This document shows, in pieces, positions 1-10,018 of a stretch of 64,000 bases of DNA (position 1 is its first letter; each line of letters begins with the position of its first letter). The notes under the pieces were generated by a model that ran no database searches, had not been told where the DNA came from, and worked only from the letters and a program-made list of their open reading frames with translations. The DNA lies in NCBI GenBank assembly GCA_905182795.1, contig CAJJCZ010000004.1, positions 68,506 to 132,505 of the forward strand, in the 5' to 3' direction. The DNA is from an uncultured bacterium (GTDB lineage: Bacteria > Fidelibacterota > Marinisomatia > Marinisomatales > Marinisomataceae). Position numbers and translations under genes: made by a program.

Positions 1-325
1 TATCACCTAATTTTCTACCATCTCTAGCAAAAAATACTTCGGTAACATCTCCAGCATCTATAGCCATATCACCTAAAGATAATTGATATCCATAGCCAGG
101 AGATAATTCTACTTCAATAGCTATATGATCAAAGTATTGGTTTTCAATAACCAATCGAGAAAGAGCTGGTAGATCTACATTATCTACTTCTATTTTATTC
201 TCATCATTAGCAATAGCTTCGATAAGCTGCATATCGTTCATCATATCTGCTTCCATATAAGACATATTGTCTTGACACGAAGAAATAAAGAACACCATTC
301 CAAACATTAATAATATTTTTTTCAT
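1..325 (-). CDS. Partial putative lipoprotein, possibly PepSY-like; runs off the window start
   Basis: Not in ORF track. ATG at 325 with AAGGA upstream. Manual translation MKKILLMFGMVFFISSCQDNMSYMEAD...DLPALSRLVIENQYFDHIAIEVELSPGYGYQLSL stays open to base 1; lipobox-like ISSC. Confidence 0.7.
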   Translation of the reverse strand, partial: MKKILLMFGMVFFISSCQDNMSYMEADMMNDMQLIEAIANDENKIEVDNVDLPALSRLVIENQYFDHIAIEVELSPGYGYQLSLGDMAIDAGDVTEVFFARDGRKLGD

Positions 326-364
326 TTTATAAAATCCTTTTTAGTTTATACGTTAGCAAAGTTA

Positions 365-934
365 TTATTTATTTCTGTTACTGTCAAAATCTCTTTTTGT
401 TCGATTTTGATCTTGAGGAGGAGGAGGAGTGCCTCTACGATCTCTCATAATCTTTCCCCAGGCTCCCAATGCTTCTTGGTCCTTGAAAGACATTTTTTTA
501 GATAGATTAGATTTCATTCTTTCTTCAAAGAATAGCAATTTCATACGTTGCTGTTCTGTTATAATACCTTTTGTATCTTTTAGAAATTTACTTTCCAATC
601 TGACTAAAGTACCTTTCATTCGTACTTTAGAATCTATTGCTGCATCAACATCAAATTTTGATCGATCATCTTTAGCAGCAGATCGTAATGTTCTTAATTT
701 TTCTTGATGTGCTTTTTTTGCCTCATCTGATCTTTTATGAAATTCATTTTGTAGCGGAAAGAACTTTTGAGCTTGCTCAGAAGTAAGATCTAAATGCTTT
801 GTCAGTGTTCCTATAACCCACGCTTCACGCTGCTCTTTTCCTTGCTCCATCTTTTTCATCATCACTTCTCTCTTGCCACTATCTTGAGCATATAGTCCAG
901 CAGTTAAAGCTAGTAGTATTAGCATATTTTTCAT
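365..934 (-). CDS. Secreted Spy/CpxP (LTxxQ)-like helical protein
   Basis: Signal peptide, LDLTSEQ motif, charged helical composition; downstream of an ECF sigma and anti-sigma-like gene. Confidence 0.6.
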   Translation of the reverse strand: MKNMLILLALTAGLYAQDSGKREVMMKKMEQGKEQREAWVIGTLTKHLDLTSEQAQKFFPLQNEFHKRSDEAKKAHQEKLRTLRSAAKDDRSKFDVDAAIDSKVRMKGTLVRLESKFLKDTKGIITEQQRMKLLFFEERMKSNLSKKMSFKDQEALGAWGKIMRDRRGTPPPPQDQNRTKRDFDSNRNK

Positions 935-1246
935 TTAAAACTCCTCGTTATTGCTTACAAACTCTATGTTATTGTCTGCAAATATGTTAATTAAGTCTAA
1001 TTCATCTAAATCATTAGAATCTTCTAAATAATCCATTTCAGCATATAAATTTTCTTCTGAAGCAATAACTCCAATAGGAATGAAAATATAAAAAAGAATT
1101 GCAATAGCTAAAGTAGATAATCCAATACCTGTTTTTCGTTTATTTGACGATTCTGAATCAATCCTATGATTAAGCTTATCTAAAAACTCATCAGTATCTA
1201 ATGATACATTAGTTTTAAAATGCTTCTGTCTAAAATGATCGCTCAT
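935..1246 (-). CDS. Single-pass membrane protein, putative anti-sigma factor
   Basis: Overlaps the ECF sigma stop by 4 nt; short N-terminal region, one TM helix, acidic C-terminus. Confidence 0.55.
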   Translation of the reverse strand: MSDHFRQKHFKTNVSLDTDEFLDKLNHRIDSESSNKRKTGIGLSTLAIAILFYIFIPIGVIASEENLYAEMDYLEDSNDLDELDLINIFADNNIEFVSNNEEF

Positions 1247-1770
1247 CTATTTGTATCCATAATTTTACGTAACGTTTTTAAACCATGACTATAATTGTTT
1301 TTTGCTGCATCTTCAGAAATATTTAAAACATCACCAACTTCCCTAAAAGACAAACCCTCTGAAACGCGTAGATTCATTACATTTCTCTGTTTTTTTGGTA
1401 ATGTTTTAATAGCATTCCATAGTTCTATACTTAATGCTTTTTTTTCATAATTATCATCAGAAACATGCAATTCTGGTACTTGATCTAAATGAAGGAATGA
1501 ACGCCATTTATTTTTAAAAAAATAAGAATTCAATGTATTTACCTTTATACGATATAAATAAGTGGTGAATGCAGCATCAAATCGGAAGTTCTTTAATGAT
1601 TTATACAGCTTGATGAATACGCGCTGTGTTAAATCGTCTGCTTCGAGCTCATCCCGAGTAATTGAATAGTAATAATTATATGTCATATTTATATGCTTTG
1701 TTACAAGTTTATCAAAAGCCTTTCGATCGCCATCATTAAACTGCTTTATTAGATCATGATCTTTCGGCAT
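1243..1770 (-). CDS. ECF-family RNA polymerase sigma factor
   Basis: 175 aa; region 2 (ADDLTQRVFIKLY...FTTYLYRI) and region 4 (IKTLPKKQRNVMNLR...GLSFREVGDVLNIS). Confidence 0.93.
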   Translation of the reverse strand: MPKDHDLIKQFNDGDRKAFDKLVTKHINMTYNYYYSITRDELEADDLTQRVFIKLYKSLKNFRFDAAFTTYLYRIKVNTLNSYFFKNKWRSFLHLDQVPELHVSDDNYEKKALSIELWNAIKTLPKKQRNVMNLRVSEGLSFREVGDVLNISEDAAKNNYSHGLKTLRKIMDTNR

Positions 1771-1806
1771 ACAAGTATGACTATTTAGAATTGAAAAAGT
1801 AAAAGA

Positions 1807-2175
1807 TTATTTTTTTCTTGCCTCAGTAAAAGATTGTACGCCCATGATAATAGCGCTCAAACATAGAACGAATGTGGTGAACTGCTCTACCGTAGCAAGA
1901 GGTCTTAATAAAGCGCCTCCACTGATTAGATAACCAAAAATAGCTAGTACAGATTTATAAGTAGATCCTACACCCATAGCCAATATAAATAAATTAATAT
2001 GTGCAAAGTGCCTGCTCTGATTTGGAAAACGATCAGATAGAAGAGTAAATCCACCTACAATTCCACCTAAAAAAGCTGGGATTAATGCTGTAATACTTTC
2101 AGCGCCTGTCATAATATAAAAAGCGCCTCCTAAAATCAATAAACTAATACTTACTTTTTTAAAAATATGATTCAT
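1807..2175 (-). CDS. Small multi-pass membrane protein of unknown function
   Basis: 122 aa with about four hydrophobic segments; 12 nt after tyrA. Confidence 0.65.
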   Translation of the reverse strand: MNHIFKKVSISLLILGGAFYIMTGAESITALIPAFLGGIVGGFTLLSDRFPNQSRHFAHINLFILAMGVGSTYKSVLAIFGYLISGGALLRPLATVEQFTTFVLCLSAIIMGVQSFTEARKK

Positions 2176-2187
2176 TTTATTCTCCTT

Positions 2188-2904
2188 TTAAGCGTTGCCT
2201 AAACTATCAACTATCTTTTTAAAACTTTCATTCAATTCTACAATCATCTTTTGAGTATAAGGATTATATTTCTGAATATCTTCAAATAATTCCCATGAGT
2301 CATTACAAGTCTGACTCACAAGCTTATGTAATGCTTTATAACCAACGGTATCAATATTAGTCTGTTGTGTTCCAAAATCATCAATCACTCTTCCTACCAA
2401 ATGAGTTAATCCTTGTGAGCGCGCTGCCATCATATCATGTTCTTCAGAAGAAATTTCTTCAATTATAATATTTTGACTTTCAAAGTAGGCTTTCCAGAAT
2501 TCATATCTGTCATGTATATCACGTACTTTTTCCATCATCATCACTGAATCACGCTCTTGAAGCGAGTCAGGTCCAAATAGTGGATGTGTAGCAATAATAT
2601 CTACCTCAGAAGGAAGATGATCTAACATTGCTTGCTTTGGATGAACTTTAACAGAACAGACATCAATTATAGTTTTTTTACCGCTTATTTTTCCAGATAA
2701 GCTGTCCATTAAGCCTTCAAAATCTCTAATTGGAACTGCAACAAATATTGTATCATTTTTTAATACATCTTCTAAAGATACAAAATTAATATCTGATTGA
2801 TTAATGGGATCGATATCAAACACGTCTACTTCAAATCCCTTGATAAGTAACTGATGGAGCATAGTTCCAAATCGTCCAAATCCAATAATGCTAACTTTAT
2901 TCAT
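2188..2904 (-). CDS. tyrA: Prephenate/arogenate dehydrogenase, minimal TyrA
   Basis: GFGRFG Rossmann motif, DVCSVK, HPLFGP, EEHDMMAARSQGLTH. ATG at 2904 preferred over the track TTG at 2913 (AAGGA at suitable spacing). Confidence 0.9.
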   Translation of the reverse strand: MNKVSIIGFGRFGTMLHQLLIKGFEVDVFDIDPINQSDINFVSLEDVLKNDTIFVAVPIRDFEGLMDSLSGKISGKKTIIDVCSVKVHPKQAMLDHLPSEVDIIATHPLFGPDSLQERDSVMMMEKVRDIHDRYEFWKAYFESQNIIIEEISSEEHDMMAARSQGLTHLVGRVIDDFGTQQTNIDTVGYKALHKLVSQTCNDSWELFEDIQKYNPYTQKMIVELNESFKKIVDSLGNA

Positions 2905-3472
2905 TGTTATCAATCCTTTCTACCGCTAAAAATAATGTTAAATTTTTCTTTAGATCATGAATATCGCTTTCGAGAATATTTAATCCATATTTCTCTGCAG
3001 AATTTTTACTTGCAATCACTGCAACATTATCTGAGAATCTTCCTTCTGAAAGATCTTGTGCTGCTTTAGCAGTATCATCCTCTTCCACAAGTTTTTTGGA
3101 CCAAAATTTCTCTGCTAAATAGTCTTTACACTGCTTTAAAGCTTGTTCATGAGAATGAATTTCTTCAATATCTCCTAGAGAAATATTATCTTTTGCTAAT
3201 AAATTTTGGCTAATCTCAACATAGAACATATCTATGATCTTACACTGATTTTTAGCAAGCGCTTCAACACTTTCAATTACAACGCCTCCTTGTGCATTTT
3301 CCATTGCAAAAATTCCAATATCAATCGTTTTTGATGTTAAGCTATTCAATACATTCATTGAGCTTACTAAGTAATCTAGCTCGAATTCTTTGATATCAAA
3401 TTTATTACAATAAGATCCTGCTGCTTCTTCACTAAAACTTCCCGCTATTCCTTGTATGCCAATCTTCTTCAT
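2897..3472 (-). CDS. pheA: Prephenate dehydratase, catalytic domain only (no ACT domain)
   Basis: GIAGSFSEEAA, ENAQGGVV, HSHEQALKQC, DTAKAA; C-terminal NLTLF in place of the canonical NxTRF. Confidence 0.85.
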   Translation of the reverse strand: MKKIGIQGIAGSFSEEAAGSYCNKFDIKEFELDYLVSSMNVLNSLTSKTIDIGIFAMENAQGGVVIESVEALAKNQCKIIDMFYVEISQNLLAKDNISLGDIEEIHSHEQALKQCKDYLAEKFWSKKLVEEDDTAKAAQDLSEGRFSDNVAVIASKNSAEKYGLNILESDIHDLKKNLTLFLAVERIDNNE

Positions 3473-3897
3473 TTTTTCTCCAAAATATGCTTAATTGCTG
3501 TAATATACCCATGCTTACCTTCGCCATAATACTGAGCCAAACAAACACCCTTTATTACTGATATTTTTCTAAAATTTTCTCGATTATGAATATCAGATAA
3601 ATGTACTTCAATTGCCTTTAGTTGCGTTGCGACAATAGCATCTCTTAATGCATATGAATAATGAGTCAATGCGCCTGGATTGATAATAAGATAATCTATA
3701 TCTCTACGCTTTGAATGAATAAAATCAATAATAGCGCCTTCAGAATTAGAATGAAAGAATTCTAAGCTCAAATTAGCACATGCTTCATGATTTTCTATCC
3801 AAGAATTAACCTCTGACAATGATTCAGAGCCGTATATTTCAGGCTCTCTTTCTCCTAATAAATTCAAATTAGGACCATTTACAATAATAATATTCAT
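3469..3897 (-). CDS. aroQ: Type II 3-dehydroquinate dehydratase
   Basis: NGPNLNLLGEREPEIYG, INPGALTHYS, EVHLSDIHNRENFR. Confidence 0.97.
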   Translation of the reverse strand: MNIIIVNGPNLNLLGEREPEIYGSESLSEVNSWIENHEACANLSLEFFHSNSEGAIIDFIHSKRRDIDYLIINPGALTHYSYALRDAIVATQLKAIEVHLSDIHNRENFRKISVIKGVCLAQYYGEGKHGYITAIKHILEKK

Positions 3898-4961
3898 AAG
3901 ACTCCTAAACTTTCTTCAATGTGATTTAATGTTATATTTTTACTAACAATAGCCTTTCCAATTTCTGAAATTAATACAAATCTTATTTGTGATTCTCTAA
4001 ATTTTTTATCTCTTTTTACAAATTCAATAATCTCAGCTTTGTCTTTAACATCAATAGAAGGTAATGTAAAAGCAGATAAGGCTTTCAACCCTTTATGATA
4101 ATCTTTTTCATTCAAACTACCAGCAGTATGTGAAAGATATAATCCACACTTCATTCCATATAGAATTGCTTCTCCGTGAAGCAATGTTTTATACTGAAAA
4201 TAACCTTCAAGAGCATGCCCAATAGTATGGCCAAAATTTAAAATCATTCTCAAGTCATTTTCATTTACATCCCGACTTACCACTTCGCTCTTAATTTGAC
4301 AGGATCTCAAGATAATTTTTTTAAGAATTGTATCATTTTTATTATTGAGGATATCGGACATATTTTTTACGATATAGTCAAACAAATCTCTGTCATAAAT
4401 AAATCCATATTTAATTGCTTCAGCTAATGAGGCATTTATTTCTCTTTCAGGTAATGTAGATAAAAAAGATGTATCGATAATAACTGCTTTTGGTTGATGT
4501 ATTCTTCCTATTAAATTCTTTCCACTTTTTAGATTTACGCCAGTTTTTCCTCCAATAGAAGAATCAATCATAGCCAATAATGTAGTAGGATATTGTATGT
4601 AATTAATGCCTCGCATGAAAATAGAGGCTACAAAACCGGCTGTATCACCGACTACGCCACCGCCTACTGCAAAAATAGTGGAAGAGCGATCATATTGCAT
4701 TGCAGTCATCTTATCACAGATTTCTACTGCCGTCTCAATCGATTTCGCTTCTTCTCCTTGATCGATAAAATGAAATTCTACATTTGGCAAAGATTTTAAC
4801 ACAGAAAATTTATCTTCAAATGCCTCATAGATTACTTCTTGAGTAACAAACATACACTTCGAAGAAGTTGCTATCAACGCAATAGCAGATTCCACAAAAT
4901 TATCATCAAAAATAATATCGTAACTATCTTTTCCAAGATCTACCTTTACTGTATTATTCAT
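3894..4961 (-). CDS. aroB: 3-dehydroquinate synthase
   Basis: GGGVVGD, PTTLLAMIDSSIGGKTG, LNFGHTIGHALE. Confidence 0.97.
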   Translation of the reverse strand: MNNTVKVDLGKDSYDIIFDDNFVESAIALIATSSKCMFVTQEVIYEAFEDKFSVLKSLPNVEFHFIDQGEEAKSIETAVEICDKMTAMQYDRSSTIFAVGGGVVGDTAGFVASIFMRGINYIQYPTTLLAMIDSSIGGKTGVNLKSGKNLIGRIHQPKAVIIDTSFLSTLPEREINASLAEAIKYGFIYDRDLFDYIVKNMSDILNNKNDTILKKIILRSCQIKSEVVSRDVNENDLRMILNFGHTIGHALEGYFQYKTLLHGEAILYGMKCGLYLSHTAGSLNEKDYHKGLKALSAFTLPSIDVKDKAEIIEFVKRDKKFRESQIRFVLISEIGKAIVSKNITLNHIEESLGVL

Positions 4962-5463
4962 TTATATATTCCATTATCATTTTACAACTATCATCAATAT
5001 TTATATTGTCTGTATTCACATTAAGCTTAGATAGTGATTTATATCTTTCTTCTCTATCATTAAAAATATCTCTCATTAAATCTTTTTTATTTCCTACCGA
5101 CAGCAAAGGTCTACTATTATCATTTTTAATTCTTTTATGAAGAGTCTCAAGTGATGTATCTAAATAAACGCAAAAAGATTGATCTAGAATTCTATAGTTC
5201 GAATCTTCTAGCACAATACCTCCACCTGTTGCACAAACAATATGATCTTTTAATACTATTTGTTCTAATTTCTCTGTCTCATAAGTGCGAAATTTATCTT
5301 CTCCATTTTTGAACATATCATTTATTGAAAGACTATGATCTTTCTCTAGTTCTGTATCAATATCTATAAAGGTCCAATCAAGCTTATCTGCTAAGATAGA
5401 TCCTATAGTAGATTTTCCTGATCCCATCATTCCTATTAAGAAAATTTGCTTAATATTTTCCAC
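4954..5463 (-). CDS. aroK: Shikimate kinase
   Basis: GMMGSGKST P-loop, ATGGG, RPLL. Confidence 0.96.
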   Translation of the reverse strand: MENIKQIFLIGMMGSGKSTIGSILADKLDWTFIDIDTELEKDHSLSINDMFKNGEDKFRTYETEKLEQIVLKDHIVCATGGGIVLEDSNYRILDQSFCVYLDTSLETLHKRIKNDNSRPLLSVGNKKDLMRDIFNDREERYKSLSKLNVNTDNINIDDSCKMIMEYINE

Positions 5464-6610
5464 TAGCTTTTATATGTTTTTTAAGTTGATCTAAGCTGTC
5501 TCCGCCAAATTTTTCTAATAATGCATCTGCTAAAACAATAGCTAACATAGCTTCACCAATAATTGAAGCTGCTGGTACAGCACAAGAATCTGTTCTTTCT
5601 TTATGCGCTAACTTTGGCTCCATAGTATTTAAATCAATAGATCGTAATGGCTTTATAAGCGTTGAAATAGGCTTCATACTTACTTTTACATGAATTGGCT
5701 GAGCATTGCTCATTCCACCTTCAATACCTCCGGCATTGTTGCTTGCACGCGTTATTTTACTATCCTCATATAAGATTTCATCATGCAATTCGCTACCAAA
5801 TACAGCTGAAGAAGCAAATCCTGCTCCTACCTCTACACCTTTAAATGCATTTACGGACATCATAGCTTGTGAAATTCTTGCTTGAAGCTTCCCATCTGCA
5901 TTGATATAAGTTCCTAATCCATATGGTAGTCCTTTTGCTATTACCTCAAAAGAGCCTCCAACAGAGTCACCATTAGTTCTAGCTTCATCAATTACATCCA
6001 TCATCTTTTTCTCTGCATCTTTATCAAAACATCGTACAGGTGATGCATCTACTGTATCGTTTAATTCTTGTAAACTCATATCATTAGAAACAGCAGTATT
6101 ATCTACTACATTATGGATTTGATATACACGACTTCCTACCGTAATACCTACCTCCTCTAATAACTTTCTACAAACAGCTCCAATTGCTACACGCATTGCT
6201 GTTTCTCTTGCAGAAGAACGCTCTAATACATTTCTGATATCATCTAATCCATACTTCATTACTCCTGCTAAATCTGCATGTCCAGGACGAGGCATTGTTA
6301 CTTTTCTATGCTCTTTTTTTGGCTCTCCAATAGCCATTCTATCTTCCCAGTTCACCCAATCAAAATTTTTAATCAATAGAGAAATTGGTGACCCCAAAGT
6401 AACAGTATGACGTACTCCAGAAAATATTTCTGCATGGTCTTTTTCGATCTTCATACGACCGCCTCTACCATGCCCTTGCATTCTTCTAATTAAATCTTTT
6501 TCAATATACTCTTCTGTAATATTCATTCCAGCTGGTATACCTTCAATAATTCCAATTAATCCTTTTCCATGGGATTCTCCCGCAGTCATATATGATATTT
6601 TCTTTAACAT
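5450..6610 (-). CDS. aroC: Chorismate synthase
   Basis: TAGESHG, RPGHAD, ERSSARETA, MKPISTL. Confidence 0.98.
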   Translation of the reverse strand: MLKKISYMTAGESHGKGLIGIIEGIPAGMNITEEYIEKDLIRRMQGHGRGGRMKIEKDHAEIFSGVRHTVTLGSPISLLIKNFDWVNWEDRMAIGEPKKEHRKVTMPRPGHADLAGVMKYGLDDIRNVLERSSARETAMRVAIGAVCRKLLEEVGITVGSRVYQIHNVVDNTAVSNDMSLQELNDTVDASPVRCFDKDAEKKMMDVIDEARTNGDSVGGSFEVIAKGLPYGLGTYINADGKLQARISQAMMSVNAFKGVEVGAGFASSAVFGSELHDEILYEDSKITRASNNAGGIEGGMSNAQPIHVKVSMKPISTLIKPLRSIDLNTMEPKLAHKERTDSCAVPAASIIGEAMLAIVLADALLEKFGGDSLDQLKKHIKASGKY

Positions 6611-7431
6611 ATTACTTTCTCCAATTGTTTTTTAATGGAATCCAATTTCTGGTCCACATTATAGGTAGTTTCTGTCCAAATTTCAATAGACTTGATGGCT
6701 TGAAAAATAAGCATTTCTAGTCCATTGATTGATTGTTTTACTCGATCTTTATATTGATTTAAAAATAACGTATGATTTGAAATATAAATCAGATCAATAA
6801 GTATGCTATCTTTATCTACTGGGATATCAAAAAAGCTTATATTGTCTTTCTCTTGATACATTCCTAGCGGTGTTGTATTGATTGCAATATCAAATTTGTT
6901 ATCAGATCCAGTATAAAGCTCAATATTTTTAGCACCTAATTTTTGAGCATATAATTGTATTTCTAATGCATTGTCAATTGACTTATTTTTAATTGTAATT
7001 GACTCAGCTCCTTGATCAATTAATGCCTTAACAATAGTTCTAGCTGAACCACCTGCGCCTAATACAAGACAGCGACTTGAATGAACATTAATATTATTTT
7101 TTTCAAGAAGCATTTTAAACCCATATAAATCTGTATTATATCCTGTTAAGATATCTCCTACTCTTTTAATGCAATTTGTATTACCTAATATCTTTACGTT
7201 GTCATCAATTTCATCTAAAAATTTTAATCCTGTTTTTTTATGTGGAATAGTGATATTTATTCCATCAAACTTTCCTTTTTTAAATCTATCAAAGAAAGAA
7301 GGGAGATCGTCGGAGGCAACATGATGTTTTTCATATGTACAATTATCCAATTCTAATTCTTTAAATAGAATTCTTTGCAATTCAGGGCTAATGCTTTTTT
7401 CTACTGGACTACCTATCAATCCTAGATTCAT
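6604..7431 (-). CDS. aroE: Shikimate dehydrogenase
   Basis: SISP, NITIPHK, NTDLYGF, GAGGSAR, NTTPLGM. Confidence 0.95.
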   Translation of the reverse strand: MNLGLIGSPVEKSISPELQRILFKELELDNCTYEKHHVASDDLPSFFDRFKKGKFDGINITIPHKKTGLKFLDEIDDNVKILGNTNCIKRVGDILTGYNTDLYGFKMLLEKNNINVHSSRCLVLGAGGSARTIVKALIDQGAESITIKNKSIDNALEIQLYAQKLGAKNIELYTGSDNKFDIAINTTPLGMYQEKDNISFFDIPVDKDSILIDLIYISNHTLFLNQYKDRVKQSINGLEMLIFQAIKSIEIWTETTYNVDQKLDSIKKQLEKVIC

Positions 7432-8678
7432 GCTTGTATCTCCTTCAATATGTTAAAAAATCCAGGCAAAGAAATATTGATACAGTCTGTATTGTCAATA
7501 TGGTATTCCTTAAATGCTACTATACTTAATATGATAAATGCCATTGCTATGCGATGATCATCAAAAGATAAAATTTTAGCCATCTTTGTTGGTTTTCCTC
7601 CCTCTACTACTAGATTATTTCCCTCTTCATATGCATTGATACCAAATAATTGTAAATTCTTTATGATAGCATCCAATCTATCGCATTCTTTAAATCTCAA
7701 TTCTTCTACTTCATAAAATATAGTTTTGCCTTCTGCAAATGCTGCAATTACTGCTAAGATAGGAATTTCATCGATTATAGATGGAATCATATGGGCTGGG
7801 ACATCGCAGCTTTTAATGTCAGAACCAATAAATTGTATATTTCCACAAGATTCTCCATTATTTATTGTTGGATTAGATACCAAGCCTTGCACTCCCATTT
7901 TTTCAAGTACGTCAATAAAGCCAGTACGTGTAGGGTTTAATAAAATATTTTCTACAGTAAGACTAGAGCCTTTTAATAAAGCTGCTAATGCAATAAAAAA
8001 GGATGCAGATGATGGATCGGCGGGAATATCCATAGTAAATGATTGTAAAGCAGACGAAAGTGGGTTTACCTCAATATTATCACCATCTACTTTAATATCA
8101 GCTCCCATACTTTTTAGCATGATTTCTGTGTGATCTCTAGAATGTTTTAACTCTGTTACTAGACATGAATCTTTTGATCCTAAACCAGCTAACAATATCG
8201 CTGACTTGACTTGAGCGCTTGCAATAGGCATTTTATAATTAATTCTATCTAAACCGTTCGATGCATCAATGTGTAGTGGCAACAATCCATCATTTGATCT
8301 AATCGTACATCCCATTTCAGTTAATGGTGTAATAACCCTATTCATAGGTCTTTTAGATAGTGACGCATCTCCTATTAATGAGAACGAAAGGTGTTGTGAA
8401 GATAATAATCCTGTTAATAATCTAGAAGTTGTACCAGAATTTCCACAATCAATTGGTTCTATAGGATTTTCTAAAGTTGACCCTGTTACTAGAATAGTAT
8501 CACCTTCTTTTTCTATTGAGACTCCACATGATTGCATTGCTTTAATGGTAGATTGTAAATCTTCTCCATCATTTAAATTTGTAATACAACTTACTCCACT
8601 TGCAATGGAAGCTAACATGATTGATCGATGCGAAATTGATTTATCTCCCGGTAATGAAATAGTAGAATTAATAATCAT
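7428..8678 (-). CDS. aroA: EPSP synthase
   Basis: PGDKSISHR, GNSGTT, SAQVKSA, RDHTE, LRFKECDR, DDHRIAM. Confidence 0.97.
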   Translation of the reverse strand: MIINSTISLPGDKSISHRSIMLASIASGVSCITNLNDGEDLQSTIKAMQSCGVSIEKEGDTILVTGSTLENPIEPIDCGNSGTTSRLLTGLLSSQHLSFSLIGDASLSKRPMNRVITPLTEMGCTIRSNDGLLPLHIDASNGLDRINYKMPIASAQVKSAILLAGLGSKDSCLVTELKHSRDHTEIMLKSMGADIKVDGDNIEVNPLSSALQSFTMDIPADPSSASFFIALAALLKGSSLTVENILLNPTRTGFIDVLEKMGVQGLVSNPTINNGESCGNIQFIGSDIKSCDVPAHMIPSIIDEIPILAVIAAFAEGKTIFYEVEELRFKECDRLDAIIKNLQLFGINAYEEGNNLVVEGGKPTKMAKILSFDDHRIAMAFIILSIVAFKEYHIDNTDCINISLPGFFNILKEIQA

Positions 8679-10018
8679 TATTTTGCTATTTCCTCTGCAA
8701 TATTAAATGATAGTTCTAATGCTTGATTTGCATTCAACCTTGGATCACAATGAGTGTGATATCTAGAATTTAAATCATCATCACTTAACTTATATATACC
8801 ACCCGTGCATTCTGTTACATTTTGACCTGTCATTTCTAGGTGAATTCCACCAAGATGACATCCTTTAGATTTTAAAACATGAATCGCTTTTGTAGTTTCA
8901 TTTAATAACGATGAAAAATCTCTCGTTTTAAGACCAGAAGAGGATTTTACAGTATTCCCATGCATTGGATCAGAGATCCATAACACAGATTTTTTATGCT
9001 TATTAATCGTATCTATTAGTTTAGGTAAATGTGCTTCAATATTATCTTCTCCATAACGGAAGATTAATGAAATTTTACCTGGTTCATTACTTGGATTAAT
9101 TACATCAATAATCTTAATTAATTCTTCTGGGTCTAGTGAAGGTCCACATTTAATTCCGATAGGATTGCTAATACCTCTACAATACTCTACATGCGCACTA
9201 TTAACAAAACGTGTTCTATCTCCAATCCAAATAAAATGTGCTGAAGTGCAATAAATATCGTTAGATAAAGAATCTTTACGAGTTAATGCTTCTTCATAAG
9301 GAAGATGTAATCCTTCATGGCTCGTATAAAAATCTACCGTATTTAGGTCAATTACTTTCTCAGTATCAATACCTACAGCATCCATGAAATCTAAATATTC
9401 TGTAATTTTATTTGCAATTTCTTCATATTTCTTTCCCTCTTTACTCGCCTTTACAAATCCCATATTCCAGGAATTTACTTTACGCAAATTAGCGAATCCT
9501 CCTTGAGCAAAAGATCTTATCAAATTTAATGTAGATGCTGATTGTGAATATGCATGCAATAATCGCGCAGGATTAGGATTTCTATCTTTTTCTGTAAATT
9601 CTATTCCATTAACTGAATCTCCGTAATAGCTATTCAATGTTACGCCATCAATTGTTTCAGTCTCAGACGATCTTGGCTTTGCAAATTGTCCTGCAATTCT
9701 ACCTAACTTGATAACGGGTACTTTCATTTTTGATGTAATGACTGCGCTCATTTGCAAAATGACACGAAAAGAATCTCGAATATTGTTGGCATTAAATTCT
9801 TTAAAACTTTCAGCACAATCTCCTCCCTGCACTAGAAAAGCCTTACCTTTCACTGCTTTTGCTAATTCTAACTTAAGGTTTTTACATTCTCCAGCAAATA
9901 CCAATGGTGGAAATGTACTCAATCGCTCTAGCGCTTCGTCTAACTCGTTTTGATCTTTGTATTCAGGGATATGCTTTATATCAAAATTCTTCCATGAATC
10001 TTTTGTCCATTTACTCAT
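8678..10018 (-). CDS. Class II DAHP synthase
   Basis: 446 aa; LVQGGDCAESF, GRIAGQFAKPRS, WIGDRTR, DPMHGNT, GIHLEMTG, CDPRLN are class II hallmarks. Confidence 0.96.
   Translation of the reverse strand: MSKWTKDSWKNFDIKHIPEYKDQNELDEALERLSTFPPLVFAGECKNLKLELAKAVKGKAFLVQGGDCAESFKEFNANNIRDSFRVILQMSAVITSKMKVPVIKLGRIAGQFAKPRSSETETIDGVTLNSYYGDSVNGIEFTEKDRNPNPARLLHAYSQSASTLNLIRSFAQGGFANLRKVNSWNMGFVKASKEGKKYEEIANKITEYLDFMDAVGIDTEKVIDLNTVDFYTSHEGLHLPYEEALTRKDSLSNDIYCTSAHFIWIGDRTRFVNSAHVEYCRGISNPIGIKCGPSLDPEELIKIIDVINPSNEPGKISLIFRYGEDNIEAHLPKLIDTINKHKKSVLWISDPMHGNTVKSSSGLKTRDFSSLLNETTKAIHVLKSKGCHLGGIHLEMTGQNVTECTGGIYKLSDDDLNSRYHTHCDPRLNANQALELSFNIAEEIAK

Noticed and set aside
1771-1801. Possible autoregulatory ECF promoter TAC-N17-GTC upstream of the sigma gene
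   Set aside because: Too degenerate, and no second copy found to support it.
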